Below, piece by piece: positions 48,701-61,041 of a DNA stretch of 64,000 nt. The position numbers were made by a program, and so were the translations under genes. Every line of letters starts with the position of its first letter. The stretch's first letter is position 1. The DNA comes from Protoeuglena noctilucae (Eukaryota), in assembly GCA_958009085.1 (NCBI GenBank), contig OY253683.1:434001-498000 (forward strand), in the 5' to 3' direction. The notes under the pieces were generated by a model. It was not told the origin of the DNA and ran no database searches. It was given only the letters and a program-made list of their open reading frames with translations.

Positions 48701-50662
48701 ACTTGTGGATGTTGTGGTGCTGCGCGTAGATGCACAGCCGCACGTTCGTGCCGCCCTTCGTCACGTACTTGTCCTCCACCTTGCCCAGGTCGCCGGCCAC
48801 GAGGGCGAACAGGTAGCAGGGCTTGCGGTACGGGTCGCGCCACACCGCGAAGTGGCGCCCGCCCTCCAGGTCGCCCTGCGACACCAGGTTGCCGTTCGAG
48901 AGGAGCACGGGGTACTTGGCCTTGTCCGCTTCCATGCGGACCTGCGGAGAAAGAGAGGCCGGGCCATTATTCACAAGTCAAGTGTGTCACGTTTGCACGG
49001 TGATCGCCCACGCACGCAGCGAGGTGCGAGTGGTGCCCTGACAACATCGCGTCCTCGCTGTGCTCTCTTCGCCCCTCACCTCGTAGGTCGCCATGACGTC
49101 CGGCCTGTCCTGGAAGAAGGTGATGTTGCGGAAGCCCTCCGCCTCGCACTGGGTGCAGAAGTTGCCTGACGACTTGTACAGGCCCTCCAGGTCCGTGTTG
49201 TCCTGGGGCTTGATCAGCACCTCGGTCTTGAGCGTGAAGGGCTTCTGCGGCAGGGCCGCCGCCTTGATGACCAGGAACTTCTGGGGAGGGCGAAGCGGGG
49301 CGCGTCGAAGGGGTGCCGAGGGTTGCCCAGGTGCGGTGGGGAGCGCGGCGAGCGCCGGCCTGCATCATGCGGCGAGGCTCAAGCAACCGGCCATGGGCGG
49401 GCCCAAGCAGCTTGCGTGCAGCGTTATCAATTCGCATATCCACCAAGCCCACTCGCCTCCGTCAGCTCGAAGTGGTCCTGCGGGACGTCCTTGCCGTCGA
49501 CCTGGAGGATGCGCAGGGCCACGTTCTTGCCGCGGTTGAGCATCAGATCGGCGCCTGCGCGGAGAGAGTAAAATCGGCGGGTTCTCAGCATCAGGGGACG
49601 CCTTGTAGGTAGCACTTTCACGGCAGGGTGCGGCGGAGGGAGCGGCGCACCGGGGTTCGCCGGGACCATCTTCTGCTCGGTCGTCACGAGCGTGAACTCC
49701 TCGTCCAGCTTGAAGGTCATGTGGACCGCATCGACGTTGTAATCGACGGGCTTGTAGTCCTTGCGGAAGATGGCCTTGGGCTTCTGCGATGAGGGCGATC
49801 TCCCGTTCTAAGTCCCACCCAGCGGCGACTGTGTTGACAAAGCATGCCTCGACAGCCGCGCGCGGTCACCGCGGAGCTCATGACGTCGGTGGACGCGGTG
49901 CGACACACGAGGGGACTCCCCGAGTGGGGTGGTTGCCTCAGCCGGAGAGCCGCGGAGGAAACCCTCGCGTTGAGACGATCAGACCAGAACTTGGCGCTGT
50001 TACGGAAACCTGCGGGGATCAAGGGCGCCTACCGTCGTGTGCGGGTCCGCTGAGCTGGTACAGGTGGGTCGTCCGCATGCGCCTGGATCTCGCCCATCGG
50101 GAACCGCAATCACAGCCATGACATGATGTATTGGCCGATGCATGATAGATACGGGCATTTCTGGGGCCCCCGCGGCTGTGACACGCCGAAAGCCTCGGTG
50201 CGCTGAAAACCGCAAAGGTGCGCGCGAGTGCGCGGCGAGTCGGCCATCGCAGTATTGGACATGCTTTGTGTGATATACATGACAACCGCCAAAAGGCATC
50301 GGCCGGTCCAGGCCACAAGACCGGCCCTCCAACGCGCACTCAGGACACCTGCTTGGGATCGCTGCCAGGAGGGCGTCGTACGCGGATGACAGCGAAATAC
50401 TGATAACATTGATGCTGCGGCTGGACGCCTGGCGTGCGCGTCAGGGTGGACTCACCCTGGACTGACGTGGGTCTCCAGGTCACGACGCCAGCGGCTCGCT
50501 GGCGGAGCAGCCGACTGCGGATGCGATCGGGGACAGCGTGGGTGAGTGACCGCGCAAAGCTCTGCCCCCAAGGATGGCATCGGGGAACGGATCGAATGGT
50601 TCGTGGCCGTGTCACCTCGAGGAGGCCGCGCAGGCCGGAATCCTTGTGATGACACCGGTCAT
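45745..50662 (-). CDS. pepN: M1 aminopeptidase N (PepN-type), probably with N-terminal transit peptide
   Basis: [77 protein letters not shown] and [11 protein letters not shown]; ends ...SKSLEAA*. Confidence 0.95.
48542..48592. repeat. 13-nt intronic minisatellite, about 4 copies
   Basis: gagcagcccacgc / gaacagcccacgc / gagcagcccacgc / gagcagccca lies inside a PepN intron. Confidence 0.75.
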
Positions 50663-51027
50663 GGCGACCACATATGAACAAGTGGTTGTTCGAAGGCGGC
50701 GCTGACGACTCACAGCTGCCCTGAGGTGCGTGCACTGGCAACAAAAGGAGGTTTTGACCTTCTAAGCACCCAAGGGATGTTTCCTCGATGCCCACCTACT
50801 GCATCAGCGCGGTCAGGTGCTGGCAGTGCCATCCATTCCTTGGGCCGTTGACAGGACATAGGTGGTCACGATGTCCCTGGCTCATGACACAAACAGCACA
50901 TTCAAACAAACTAATCCCAGACACGCCGTCGTCGACTGAAGTGGAACCTCTATCCACGGCCTGGCTCCAACGCACGCATGCAGCAGGCGGCCATGCCGAA
51001 TGTCCATGTCGACGGACGTGGGCTTGC

Positions 51028-51758
51028 TCAGGACTTGAAATCAACGCGCTCCAGCGCCTCGATCTGCGACAGAAACAGACTAGGACTTCGCAAGTGTTTC
51101 CCAGCGTGGCACCTTGGCACGGCTTGAGCACAAACCCCATCGCACCCCATCTCCGCACCTCAATGATCGAGTTCCCCCGAATGACGATGCGTCCCAGCGG
51201 GGCCTGCGTCTCCTTCTCCATGGCTGCGTCGAGGGATGGGGCAAAAGTGCTCTGTTGCTGCTTTACAGCTGTGGGGTACACCGCACTGGGACCCCAGCCC
51301 CCAGCGGCGCTCGCGACGTTCGTGGCTGCGAAAGGGCGTCTTTGGGCACGCGAATGGCCGCCCCCGGATGAACTGCAACTCACCCTGGTCTAGCACGACG
51401 TTCATGAAGGGATCAAAGCCCATCAGCTTGCCGGTGACGACCCGGTTCGCGTTCAAGGTGACCTGCGGACGACACAAGCCCACTACGTGGAACCATCGTG
51501 TAGTTGACCGCGTCATTCACGTAACGGAGGGGCCGCATTCCGACGAGAGGGGCCAGGGAGGGCTGTACTCGCTTGCCGCCGGTGGGAGCTCGCCCCGGGA
51601 CCCAGCGCCGGGTTCGCCAGGACTCGCACGGGCACAAAGGTATCACAGGGGCCAGTCTTAAAACTCTGGCGGGCCCTGCACAACGCGGCGGCGTCGAGGC
51701 GCACCTGGAGCTGCTTGTCCAGGAAGCCGTCCAGCTCGGGACGAGCGGGCTTCGGCAT
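51028..51758 (-). CDS. SNRPG: Small nuclear ribonucleoprotein Sm G
   Basis: Four exons give MPKPARPELDGFLDKQLQVTLNANRVVTGKLMGFDPFMNVVLDQAMEKETQAPLGRIVIRGNSIIEIEALERVDFKS*. Confidence 0.9.
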
Positions 51759-52516
51759 GCTGACCCCCGACCCCCCTGACGCTCCAGTGTGTCCCTGATC
51801 GCCGGTTCCGCGGAGCAATCAGTGGTTCCAACCACCGCCAAGTAAGGAAAGGGTGAGCAAGGCAACAGGGGGGGTGCTCGGCGACGGCAGGAGAACTCGA
51901 CGGCCTGTCACAGCTTCGGATATCGCGGGCACGCCTCCGATGAAAGCGTTGATGCCCAACAGCCCGTCTGGCTGCCTGACGTCAGGGGGGCTCCCAGCGA
52001 AAGCGACGTGTAACTGCCCGCCTGCCGCCCGGTTACCAAGTACTCGTCGCATTGACCACAGCCGCATCGGTGTTAGGCTGAGGATGAGCGCCGTGAGCTC
52101 GTGTTGCCCGGCGCGGGCGCCTGCGGGCACCTCCCCCCGATGCGTCCAGGCCAGGCTGTCTGCAGCGGCGCAATCAAGGGTGCTGAGCAGGGCGGAATGC
52201 TCGATGCTTGCGAATACCTCCACCTCGACCCCAGGCGAGCCCCTGCGCCTCGCATCGGATGCCTCCCGCGCGATTGACGGGGCCGTTGTGGCGAATTTTT
52301 TTCGTGTGGCTGCTGGGACGTCGCTGCGCCCCTCAGCGCCACTGGCCGGGCGCACACCATCGGATGGGTGGGGCCTCCCAGCCAGGAAAGCCTTTGCCGC
52401 GCCCTGGCCCGGCAACCGGGGCGATACCGTGCCAGCGGCGCTCCCCAGCGTTACGGTTCTGTCTCAGCACCCATGGGACGCCGCTGGGGGGCAGCTCGCT
52501 GTCTGTGCGCGCGTCA

Positions 52517-54015
52517 TGAGCTTGCGGCCCACGGCCGCGCGCCTGCGAGATCGTGGCCGGGCCTGCCCGCGCACTGCGCGCCTTGTCTTGATGCGAGACG
52601 CTGGAGAACTTCCGTTGTGACACGACGCGCTCGTCCTCCTTGTCCCGCAGCCGGGCAGAGGGTGGTGACGTGCCGGGCCGAGGGATCTGGGGCGCAGAAG
52701 GCCGCGCAGGCCTCCGGCACGCCGGTCCCACGGGTGCGTCGGCGTGCGCCGCATATTTGACTCACCGTCGCCTCTGTCCTCCCCGCGCGCGATGCGAGAC
52801 GCCCGCGTGTCCCCACGCGCGCAGACGGCGCTGCTGGTGGTCGGTGGCACGGGGACGCTGGGGCGGCAGATCGTGCGGCGGGCGCTGGACGAGGGGTACG
52901 ACGTGCGCTGCATCGTGCGTCCGCGGGAGAACCCCGCGGACTTCCTGCGTGACTGGGGTGCCAAGACGATCCAGGCCGACCTGACGGACCCGGCATCGCT
53001 GCCGGCCACACTGGTGGGCATCCACACGGTGATCGACGCCTCCACGGCCAGGCCCGAGCAGAGCGTGCAGCAGGTGGACTGGGAGGGCAAGGTCGCCCTC
53101 ATCCAGAGCGCCCAGGCCATGGGCATCCAGCGGTACATCTTCTTCTCTGTCCACGACTGCGACAAGCACCCGGACGTGCCGCTCATGAACATCAAGAGCT
53201 GCACCGAGAAGTTCCTCGCGGAGAGTGGGCTCAACTACACCGGTGAGAGGCTGGCTGCGCGCGTGTGGGCGACTGGTGGTCCGCATGGCACTGGGCGCTG
53301 ACCAGCACTGGCCACTCTACTCGCAGTCTTCCGGCTGTGCGGGCTGATGCAGGGGTTGATCGGCAACTACGCCGTGCCCATCTTGGAGGAGCGGCCCGTG
53401 TGGGGCACGTCGGACCAGACGCGCACTGCGTACCTCGACTCGCTCGACATTGCCAAGATGACGATGGCGGCCCTGCAGCGGGACCAGACCATCGGGAAGG
53501 TCATGACCCTGTCGGGGCCCAAGGCGTACACGGTCCAGGAGATCATCGAAATGTGCGAGAACCTCGCCGGTGAGCGGCGCGCGCCATCTTCCACACGCTC
53601 GCGATGGGTGCCATGCATCGTGGCACGTGCGCGGCGGCACGCGTTACGCAGAAGTATTATCGTGGCTCCTAGTTCGCTCCAGAGGGCGCCTTTGATTACT
53701 GTGGGAGTTCCCTTACCTCCTGCAGGGGCTCGTGCGAGCGTGAACAAGGTGCCGACGGCCCTCCTGAACGCCACGCGCGCCGCCCTGTCGGGCTTCGCGT
53801 GGGCGCGGGACGCGGCGGACCGCCTGGCGTTTGCCGAGGTGCTGTCTGGGGAGAAGAACATCTCGGCAGACATGCGGGAGGCATACGAGCTGCTCGGCAT
53901 GGACGAGAGCCAGGTCACCACGGTGGAGGAGTACCTCAAGCAGTACTTCGACCGCATCCTGAAGAAGCTCAAGGAGGTCGGGGCGGAGTCCAAGCAGACC
54001 AACTTCTACGTTTGA
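52517..54015 (+). CDS. HCF244: HCF244/Ycf39 atypical SDR, photosystem II assembly factor (start approximate)
   Basis: LLVVGGTGTLGRQIVRRALDEGYDVRCIVRPRENPADFLRDWGA, LVGIHTVIDAST, VDWEGKVALIQ, QGLIGNYAVPILEE, AADRLAFAEVL and LKKLKEV. Confidence 0.93.
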
Positions 54016-54163
54016 GACCCCGGGGGGGTTGCAATCTCGAGCACCCTTGCGCGTAGCGACTGCCTGACGCATGTAGGCTGGCAGTCTGTGCGCGTGCACC
54101 CCGCACGTTCTGTTTGTAGCGCTCTGCTGACACCCTGACCCGTGCACCTTTCAAACATGTCCC

Positions 54164-55853
54164 TCATCGGAAGTCGTTCAGATCGATCAGCAGAGATATG
54201 TCGAAGGCCTTGACGCTGTGCGTGAGCGCCCCCACGGAGACGAACGTCACGCCCGTCGACCCGACCGCTCCCACCGTCTCTGCGGGCTCGCGTCGACCGA
54301 TTACAGCCGGGCTCCCGTTGCCGCGCCCAGCGCAGGGCGGGTGGCCGGGTCGCGTGCACGGAGCCAGCTAACGTCGACTTCGGTCAAATGCTCCTCACCC
54401 ATGGTGATGTTGCCCGAGGCTTCCGTCTGGGCTCGGTCCCCGATGATGGCGAGCGCTTGGCGGAGCAGTGACACGTCCACCCCACCCGGCTGGGACGCGT
54501 CCTTGAGAACCATGTTGTCAAGCATGATGCGCGTCAGCTTGGTAGTCGGGTGCGACTCCAGGTACGCCACTGCCTCCCGCACCTCCTCGATCGTCCGCGT
54601 CTCGCACTGCGGCGGATCGACACGTGCCGGGAGGTGGCACGCAGGGTGCACCAGGGAGGGCAAAGGCCCCTGCGGTGCATTGCGCTTACCTCGACCTCCA
54701 TGGACAGCCCCGAGCGTGCCAGGTGCGCATCCACGCGTTCCAGTGCCTCCGAGATGCCCCCCGCCGCAGCCACGTGGTTGTCCTGCGACCGCGACGGAGC
54801 AATGGCTCAATGGAGCCCCGACAACTCAGCCAATGACTTGACCTGGCTTTACCAACGGCCATTTGACAGCGCACCTTGATCATGACCATGTCGAAGAGAC
54901 CCATGCGGTGGTTCTCTCCCTTGCCGATGATGACGGCCCACTTGTCCAGGAGGCGCAGGCCCGGCACCGTCTTCCGCGTCTCCAACACTCGCGCCGGAGC
55001 GGCCTGCGGAGGAACCGGGGAGCCCACGGGTGTGCTGAGGCCCACCACATGCACTTGGCAGCGACCAGCAGCACTCTTTTTGCAAATTAAGTCACCTTCT
55101 CCGCCATCAGCGCCGTCATCGTCGCTATCCCACTCATGCGCTGCATGAAGTTCAGCGCGACGCGCTCCACCAGGAGGATGGAGCGCGCGCTCCCCGTAAT
55201 GGTGCCAATCACGTCCCCGCGAGCCAGCCGCTGACCCTCATCTGCGGCCGCGTCATTGCTGGCGCTTTGTATGTTGAGATCGCGGCCCAAATCGTCGACG
55301 ATGAAGCCGCGGGTTTTCAGAAAAGCATGCCAGCCCGCAGCCGCCCTAAATCCGCCGCCGCCGCTCACCAGAGCGCCATGACACCTCCAGTCCCGCGTCC
55401 ACGGTGCGAATGACAGCCTCAGCGACTCCCCGGCCCGCCAGCACGCCCTCCGATTTGGACAAGAACGTCGCCGTCGCAGTCGTGCCCTCCGGGATGGTCG
55501 CCGCGCTCGTCACGTCCCCGAGATCCCCCGCATCTTCATCCAACGCAATGCGAATCACTTCTTCGAGGTCGTAAGTGGGATGCGGCGGCGGGGGGACCTG
55601 GAAGCAGGTTGCCCATTTCTCGCGCCAACTGGTCCCCATCCTCTCCACCCAGCCTGGTTGGAGGGCTGTCCCTGGTACGAGGGTAGGCTCCCTGCCGACG
55701 AATGACGACACAGCGGAATGCACAGCGCCAACCGACGACCAAATGGCCTTCAGCAGCAATCACGGGTGAGTGATGTTGGCCGGAGCTCAGTCCCTGGCGT
55801 GCTCTGTGCGAATGCCTCTCTCACGCGCGCAACTTCATCCGCTCTGGTCCCAT
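54164..55853 (-). CDS. QPT: Quinolinate phosphoribosyltransferase (NadC)
   Basis: [78 protein letters not shown] and [17 protein letters not shown]. The first exon [10 protein letters not shown] is inferred from splice phase. Confidence 0.93.
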
Positions 55854-55898
55854 GCGCCCCCATAACCATCATGACAGCATGGGGCCTACCGGCGCAAG

Positions 55899-57695
55899 TC
55901 ATGCAGCTGCTGCCTGAAACAGCATAATGGGTCCCCACTTGTGCCTGTTGCGCCTCCACACCGCGTCCTCGTCGTTATCGCCGTGTGCGCATCCCGCATG
56001 GTCATGGTCATGGCACCCGTCGTGCCCGTGCTCGTGCCCGCTGCAGTCGGTGCAGCTGCTCGCTGGACATGCGTGGCCACACCCTGCTGTGTCCCCGCCT
56101 CCTCCCTCGCATCCGCCACCTGCCTCGGACTCGGCCTCGCCCCGATTGCTGACTTCCGCCCGTGGGGCATCGTCCCTGTCAATGCGCAGCCCCTTGAGCT
56201 CCAGCGCCAGCTCGTCCTCCGTTGGGCAGAAGCCCTCACGGACCACGGCCGCACACCCTGCCACGAGCATACGGCCGTCGTCGCTGAGCACCGCGGAGAG
56301 CGGGACGGCGCCGGCCGCGCACGGCGCTTCAACCACTTCCCCTGCACCGGGAGTGGGGCAGGGTGCGTCGGTGAGATACGCAGTGCAGAGAGGACAACGG
56401 ACATGAGCCATACCCAGCACAGCCTGCCCTGCTTGCCTGATAGGGGCTCCAGGAACCTCAACGCCCCGTCCCCGCACGCCAGCACCACCCAACCGGGCAG
56501 CCGCCCCCCGCAGAGGCTCAAGCTGTGGACCGTGACCCCCACGTCCAGCACGCACAGCTGGCGCATGGTCCGGACGTCCGAGACCGCGACGGTCCCCGCC
56601 CGGCTCGCGGACACGACCGTGAACGAATCCAGGAAGCTGCATGCGACCGCCATGCCGTCGTGGGCGTGGATGCTGCCCTGCGCCTGCCAGGCACCTCCCT
56701 CGCACCCCCAAAGTCTGCGACGAAGCCCAACAACGAATGATAACGACGTGCACATGCTTTGTGGACTCGCAACAGTGCGCGCCCCGCCACCTCCCCACCT
56801 GAGCCCCCCGTCGCTGCATGCTCCCGCAAACAGCTGCCCGTCTGCGCTTTGAGAGCACCCAAAGACGTACCCCGGCCGCCATCGCTCGGGCACGGTGGCG
56901 CTCTCGAGAGGGATGGGAGAGCTCCGGGCCACGATGTGCTGCAGGCATGCACGCACATCGTCATTAGTTCAACATGGCTCCAGCCAAGCACAGCACGCCG
57001 TCGCTGAGCCACCACACCTCCTTCTCCACGTCCCACAGGTACAGGTACTCTCCGGACACCGTCACTGCCTGATGCGCCGCATGTGCTCGCCACTGCGACA
57101 CGGCGGGGCTTACGAGTAAAGCCGGTGCTGTTCAGACCGCACGGCAGCTGCGGGGTGCCACCTGATCTTCCAGACTTCCACTGACCTCAATTGCATACAC
57201 CTCCTCTGGATGGTCATCCAGCACGGCACTTGGACCCTCCCTGTCCTCCTCCCGCCACAGACGGACAGTGCCGTCGGCAGAGCTAGATGCGAGGAGGGAC
57301 CCGTCCGCGTTCCAAGAGACCCGCAGCACGGGTTCCGTGTGGCCTCGGAGGCGACGGGAGAGCTGAAGGCCACCCTCGCTGGGTGGCGAGTCGCCCCTGG
57401 CGCCCGGCACAACGTGCCACACGGCTGCCGTCTCGTCATCGGAGGCCGTCGCTACGACGCCGCTGCGAGAACGAAAGGACCATCGTCGCACTCTGCTCTT
57501 GGATCCGACCAGGCCTCATTGGGCAAGCTCGGGCAACGCGTCTGCGCGCCTGTCGTGGGGGTGCAGCGCCACGTCGAAGACGCTGCCGGCGTGGACGAGG
57601 GAATCGCTACCGACGGGCTTGGCGGATGCGTGGAGCAAGCTCTGGATGACATCGGCGGCCTCATCGGGCGAGCACGCCCCGCCTTGCTGCTGCAT
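55899..57695 (-). CDS. WD40-repeat protein with Cys/His-rich acidic tail
   Basis: HAGSVFDVALHP..VVATASDDETAAVW, LRGHTEPVLRVSWNADGSLLASSSADGTVRLW, DHPEEVYAIEW, AHDGMAVACSF..VVSASRAGTVAVSD. Confidence 0.8.
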
Positions 57696-57969
57696 TCCAG
57701 TGACTGGGCGATGCGCCCGGCAACCACTGGTGGCCCAAGTGCAACTCCACGAACTCGCAGCGTACCAGCCAGCCAGCACAATTTCGAGAAGCGATCTCCA
57801 GAGCCTGCCACGCTCTGGCGTTGCGACGTCGCCTCGAAGCTGCGCGCGGCAGGCGACTGGGACCATTGCTGGTATCGAGGATATCCCGCTCCGCCACAAG
57901 CTGGACGACTGGAGTCAGAAAACGCGCTTTTCAGTGGCATTTGCTCGGGACGTCCTCGGTTCGGTCCCT

Positions 57970-59567
57970 ATGCAGGTCCTTGCGCAGGTTTCGGGGCGCT
58001 CCGCCACGGCGCTCGTCGACGTCTCTGCGGCAGACACCGGGGAGGATGTCCTTCGCCGCCTGCTGGGTCCCGAGTGAGTGCCGTGCCCGAAACTGCGTCC
58101 ACGTCGTTTCCCGAGGACGCGCGCTGCCCGTCGGGCGGCCTGGCACGCTTGTGTAGGAGATGACGGTGTTTATCAGTCACAGGCGCGCGGGTTCTGCGCG
58201 ATGGCTCGACCCACGCGGTCCCCGGCCGCGGAACCCCAACTGCGCGTGCGCCCGTCCCGCAGGGCCAGCTGTTCCGGGAGGCGGCCGTCGGTATGGGCTG
58301 GGAGCAAGAAGCTGCGACTGTCGCAGCCCCTGGCTGGTCAGGGCGTGCGGCCGCTGTCGCTGCTGACGGTCACGGGGCGCCTGGCGGGGGGCGGGGGGGA
58401 CGGTGGCAGCACGGGCGCCGAATGCCGCACGGCGTACCTTGAAATGTACAAGAGGAAGACTGTGGGGGCTCTGGACGCAGCGCAGGAGGCGCTGGCGCGG
58501 TGGACGCGGTGCAGCCTGTCCGGCGAGCCCCTGTCTGAGCCCGTCGTCGCTGACGAGCTCGGTTCGCTGTACAACAAGGAGGCCGTCGTCCGCGGCCTCG
58601 TCGAGCAGCTTGCCGATGGGCCCAAGCTGCCGCCGCACCTGACGCTCAAGACCATCATCGACCTCAAACTTGCCAGGTGCGTGACTGTGCGTCGGTCGAA
58701 TGCGCTGGCGGTCGCTCGACTCGTCGTTGGGCCAGCGTGCATGCGTAGCCCTATCTCTTACCTCGAGTCACAGGAACCCGGCGTATGCGGGCGATGGCGC
58801 CGAGTCTCGGGCCGTGTCGCCCTTCTGCTGCCCCATCACGGGGGCCGAGTTCACGAGCAAGAACCGCTTTGTCGTCGTCCGCAAGACGGGTCACGTGGTT
58901 GCCGAGAAGGCGTTCAAGGTGAAGCTTACTGGAAGTGACGGGACGCATGTGCCTGGCTTCGTCGCAACGCATCTGCAAAGTTCGTGGGCAAACTCTGGCC
59001 ACCCGCACATGCGCAGGAGTTGAGGAGTCTGGTCGAGGAGCTGGCGGGGTCCCCGGTCACTTCGGAGGATGTGATGGTGCTGAACGGCACGGAGGCCGAG
59101 CGCGCGGCCCTGGCCGAGGTGCGTGTGTGTGCTTGCCAACGTGCTCCATCGCGTGTATCACGCGTATGTCTTGCCTCGGGGCGTCATGTGAAAGCGTTTT
59201 GGCTGATTTGCCCCAGCTGTGCGCCCCGCCTGCACCACCACAGGGGCTCAAGGACAAGCTCGCCAAGCTGAAGGTCAAGAAGGCGAAGAAGGACAAGAGG
59301 AACGGCAAGGGCGAGGTTCCAGTGCAGGGAGGGGTGGAGAAGAAGAAGTGGGTGGCGGAGGAGCACGTGCCCGAGGTGGGTGCTGCTGCGGTGTGCGCAA
59401 GGGTGCGCGCGTGCCTGCTTGCCAGATTGCTTATCCAGCATAGCCCCGCTTGCTGTGTTCAGGGCGCGACCAAGGAAGTCTACGCGAGCCTGTTTATCGG
59501 GAAGAAGGAGCTGCCGAAGGAGAGTTACACGGCGAGGGGCACGCTGGGGCGGGGCGTGACCCTGTGA
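57970..59567 (+). CDS. RTF2: RTF2 (replication termination factor 2 / splicing-related) with N-terminal ubiquitin-like domain
   Basis: RLAGG-GGDGGSTGAECRTAYLEMY, WTRCSLSGEPL..PVVADELGSLYNKEAV, FCCPITGAEF..FVVVRKTGHVVAEKA and VYASLF...SYTARG. Confidence 0.88.
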
Positions 59568-59760
59568 AGGCGCCGGCGAGCACGCCTTGCAGCCCACCCA
59601 CCTGTGCTCATGTCGTTGTCGAGTGTCTAATCCATCGAGAGGGAACGGGCGTCTCGCTTGCTCCGTGCTCTGACTGGGGAGGGTTTTCTGCGCGCTTCGA
59701 GTCTCCCGGCCCCGCCTCACGACGCCCTGTTCGGAGCGTGTTGAATTCCGACTAGCAAAG

Positions 59761-60833
59761 ATGATGGCTGCTTCGTGCAACGTGTCGGTCGCCGCGCGCG
59801 GCGTCCAGGCCCGCAGGCCCGTGGCCCGCACTTCCAGGTGCTCGGGGGGGGAGGGTGGCGCTGCGAGGTTCCGTAAACGCGGCTGGGCTTGTCGCGACGC
59901 GGCTCGCGGGGTCGGACGGGGCCCCGGCCGGCCCGCGCGAGCGGTCGGAGTGGTAGCCAAATCTCGGGCGCGGCGGACCCGTTGGGCCGATTTTCCCGGG
60001 CGATGGGCGCGGCGGCGTGTTTCCGTTTGCGTGGGATGCGCGCGCGGCGTGCACGTGCCGGTTGCGCGGGCTCCCCCGACGAGATCTCGGGCGCTTTCCT
60101 TCGGCCTTCGTCGGGTCGAATGCCTGCCGCGTGCGCCATCCCTGCCCGTTCCGTCGCTCAGCCGCGTTATCTGTAGCAGATAGCTGCCGCTTGCGGTACC
60201 TCTGGGCTGATGCGGCACCGCGGGGCGTACAGGAGCAGGCTGGGTGCCTTCCCAGGCCCGTTATCCGCCCGCGACGGACAGGATGACCCGGACTGGGCTG
60301 GGCGTGTGCCGTCGAATGTGTAGCCGTCACTCGTGGCCTATCGCGGCATGCATCGGGCATCCGCAGAGCACACTTCCCAGTGCGCACGGGGTCGCGCTGG
60401 AGACGAACGCGCCCCTCGCCCTCGCAGGGTCGTGGCTCGCGCCGGGGAGGACAAGTACTTCGACATGCGCGACATGGAGAAGACCGCCGGCTCGTGGGAC
60501 CTGTACGGCCAGGACGACTCGGCCCGCTACAACGCCCTGCAGTCCATGTTCTTCGAGCGGGCGACCGACGGCGTGTCCCGCCGCGAGTCTCTGCGCGCCA
60601 TCGTCGCTCTCGGGGGTGCCGGTGCCCTCCTCACCTGGGGCGCCAAGGGGTCCAAGGACGCTAACCTCCCCATCACCAAGGGCCCGCAGAAGAAGCCCGA
60701 GGCGAGTCCCAACCCTCGCGGGGTACCAAGAGCTGTCCTTGTGTCGCTCGCGCGCACCCCAGGCCACCGGCACGCCGCTGATCAGTAACCACCCCGGACC
60801 CGCACGCAGGTCGGGCCCCGCGGCCGCATCTGA
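59761..60833 (+). CDS. PSAH: Photosystem I subunit H precursor
   Basis: Transit peptide MMAASCNVSVAARGVQARRP, then KYFDMRDMEKTAGSWDLYGQDDSARYNALQSMFFERA...ALLTWGAKGSKDANLPITKGPQKKPE|VGPRGRI*. Confidence 0.93.
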
Positions 60834-61041
60834 ACGCGCCCGCGCCATGCACCTTCCCTCGCCCACTTATCCGCATGGCCGTGTTCGCCTAGGACGCCGG
60901 CATAGGGTTTGCCTCCTTCCAACAACTTCTCTCCCCAACCTCTGTTTTTGAAATGTGCTTGACGGTGTGGCGCCCAATGTTGGCCTGGGCTAGAGCCCTC
61001 GCAACAGGCAAAGAAAGGAGCAAAAAGGCTGCGCTGGCACG

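Noticed and set aside
50646..50705. Possible C/D-box snoRNA (GTGATGA...CTGA)
   Set aside because: There is no terminal stem or recognisable guide, and it overlaps the inferred first PepN exon on the opposite strand.
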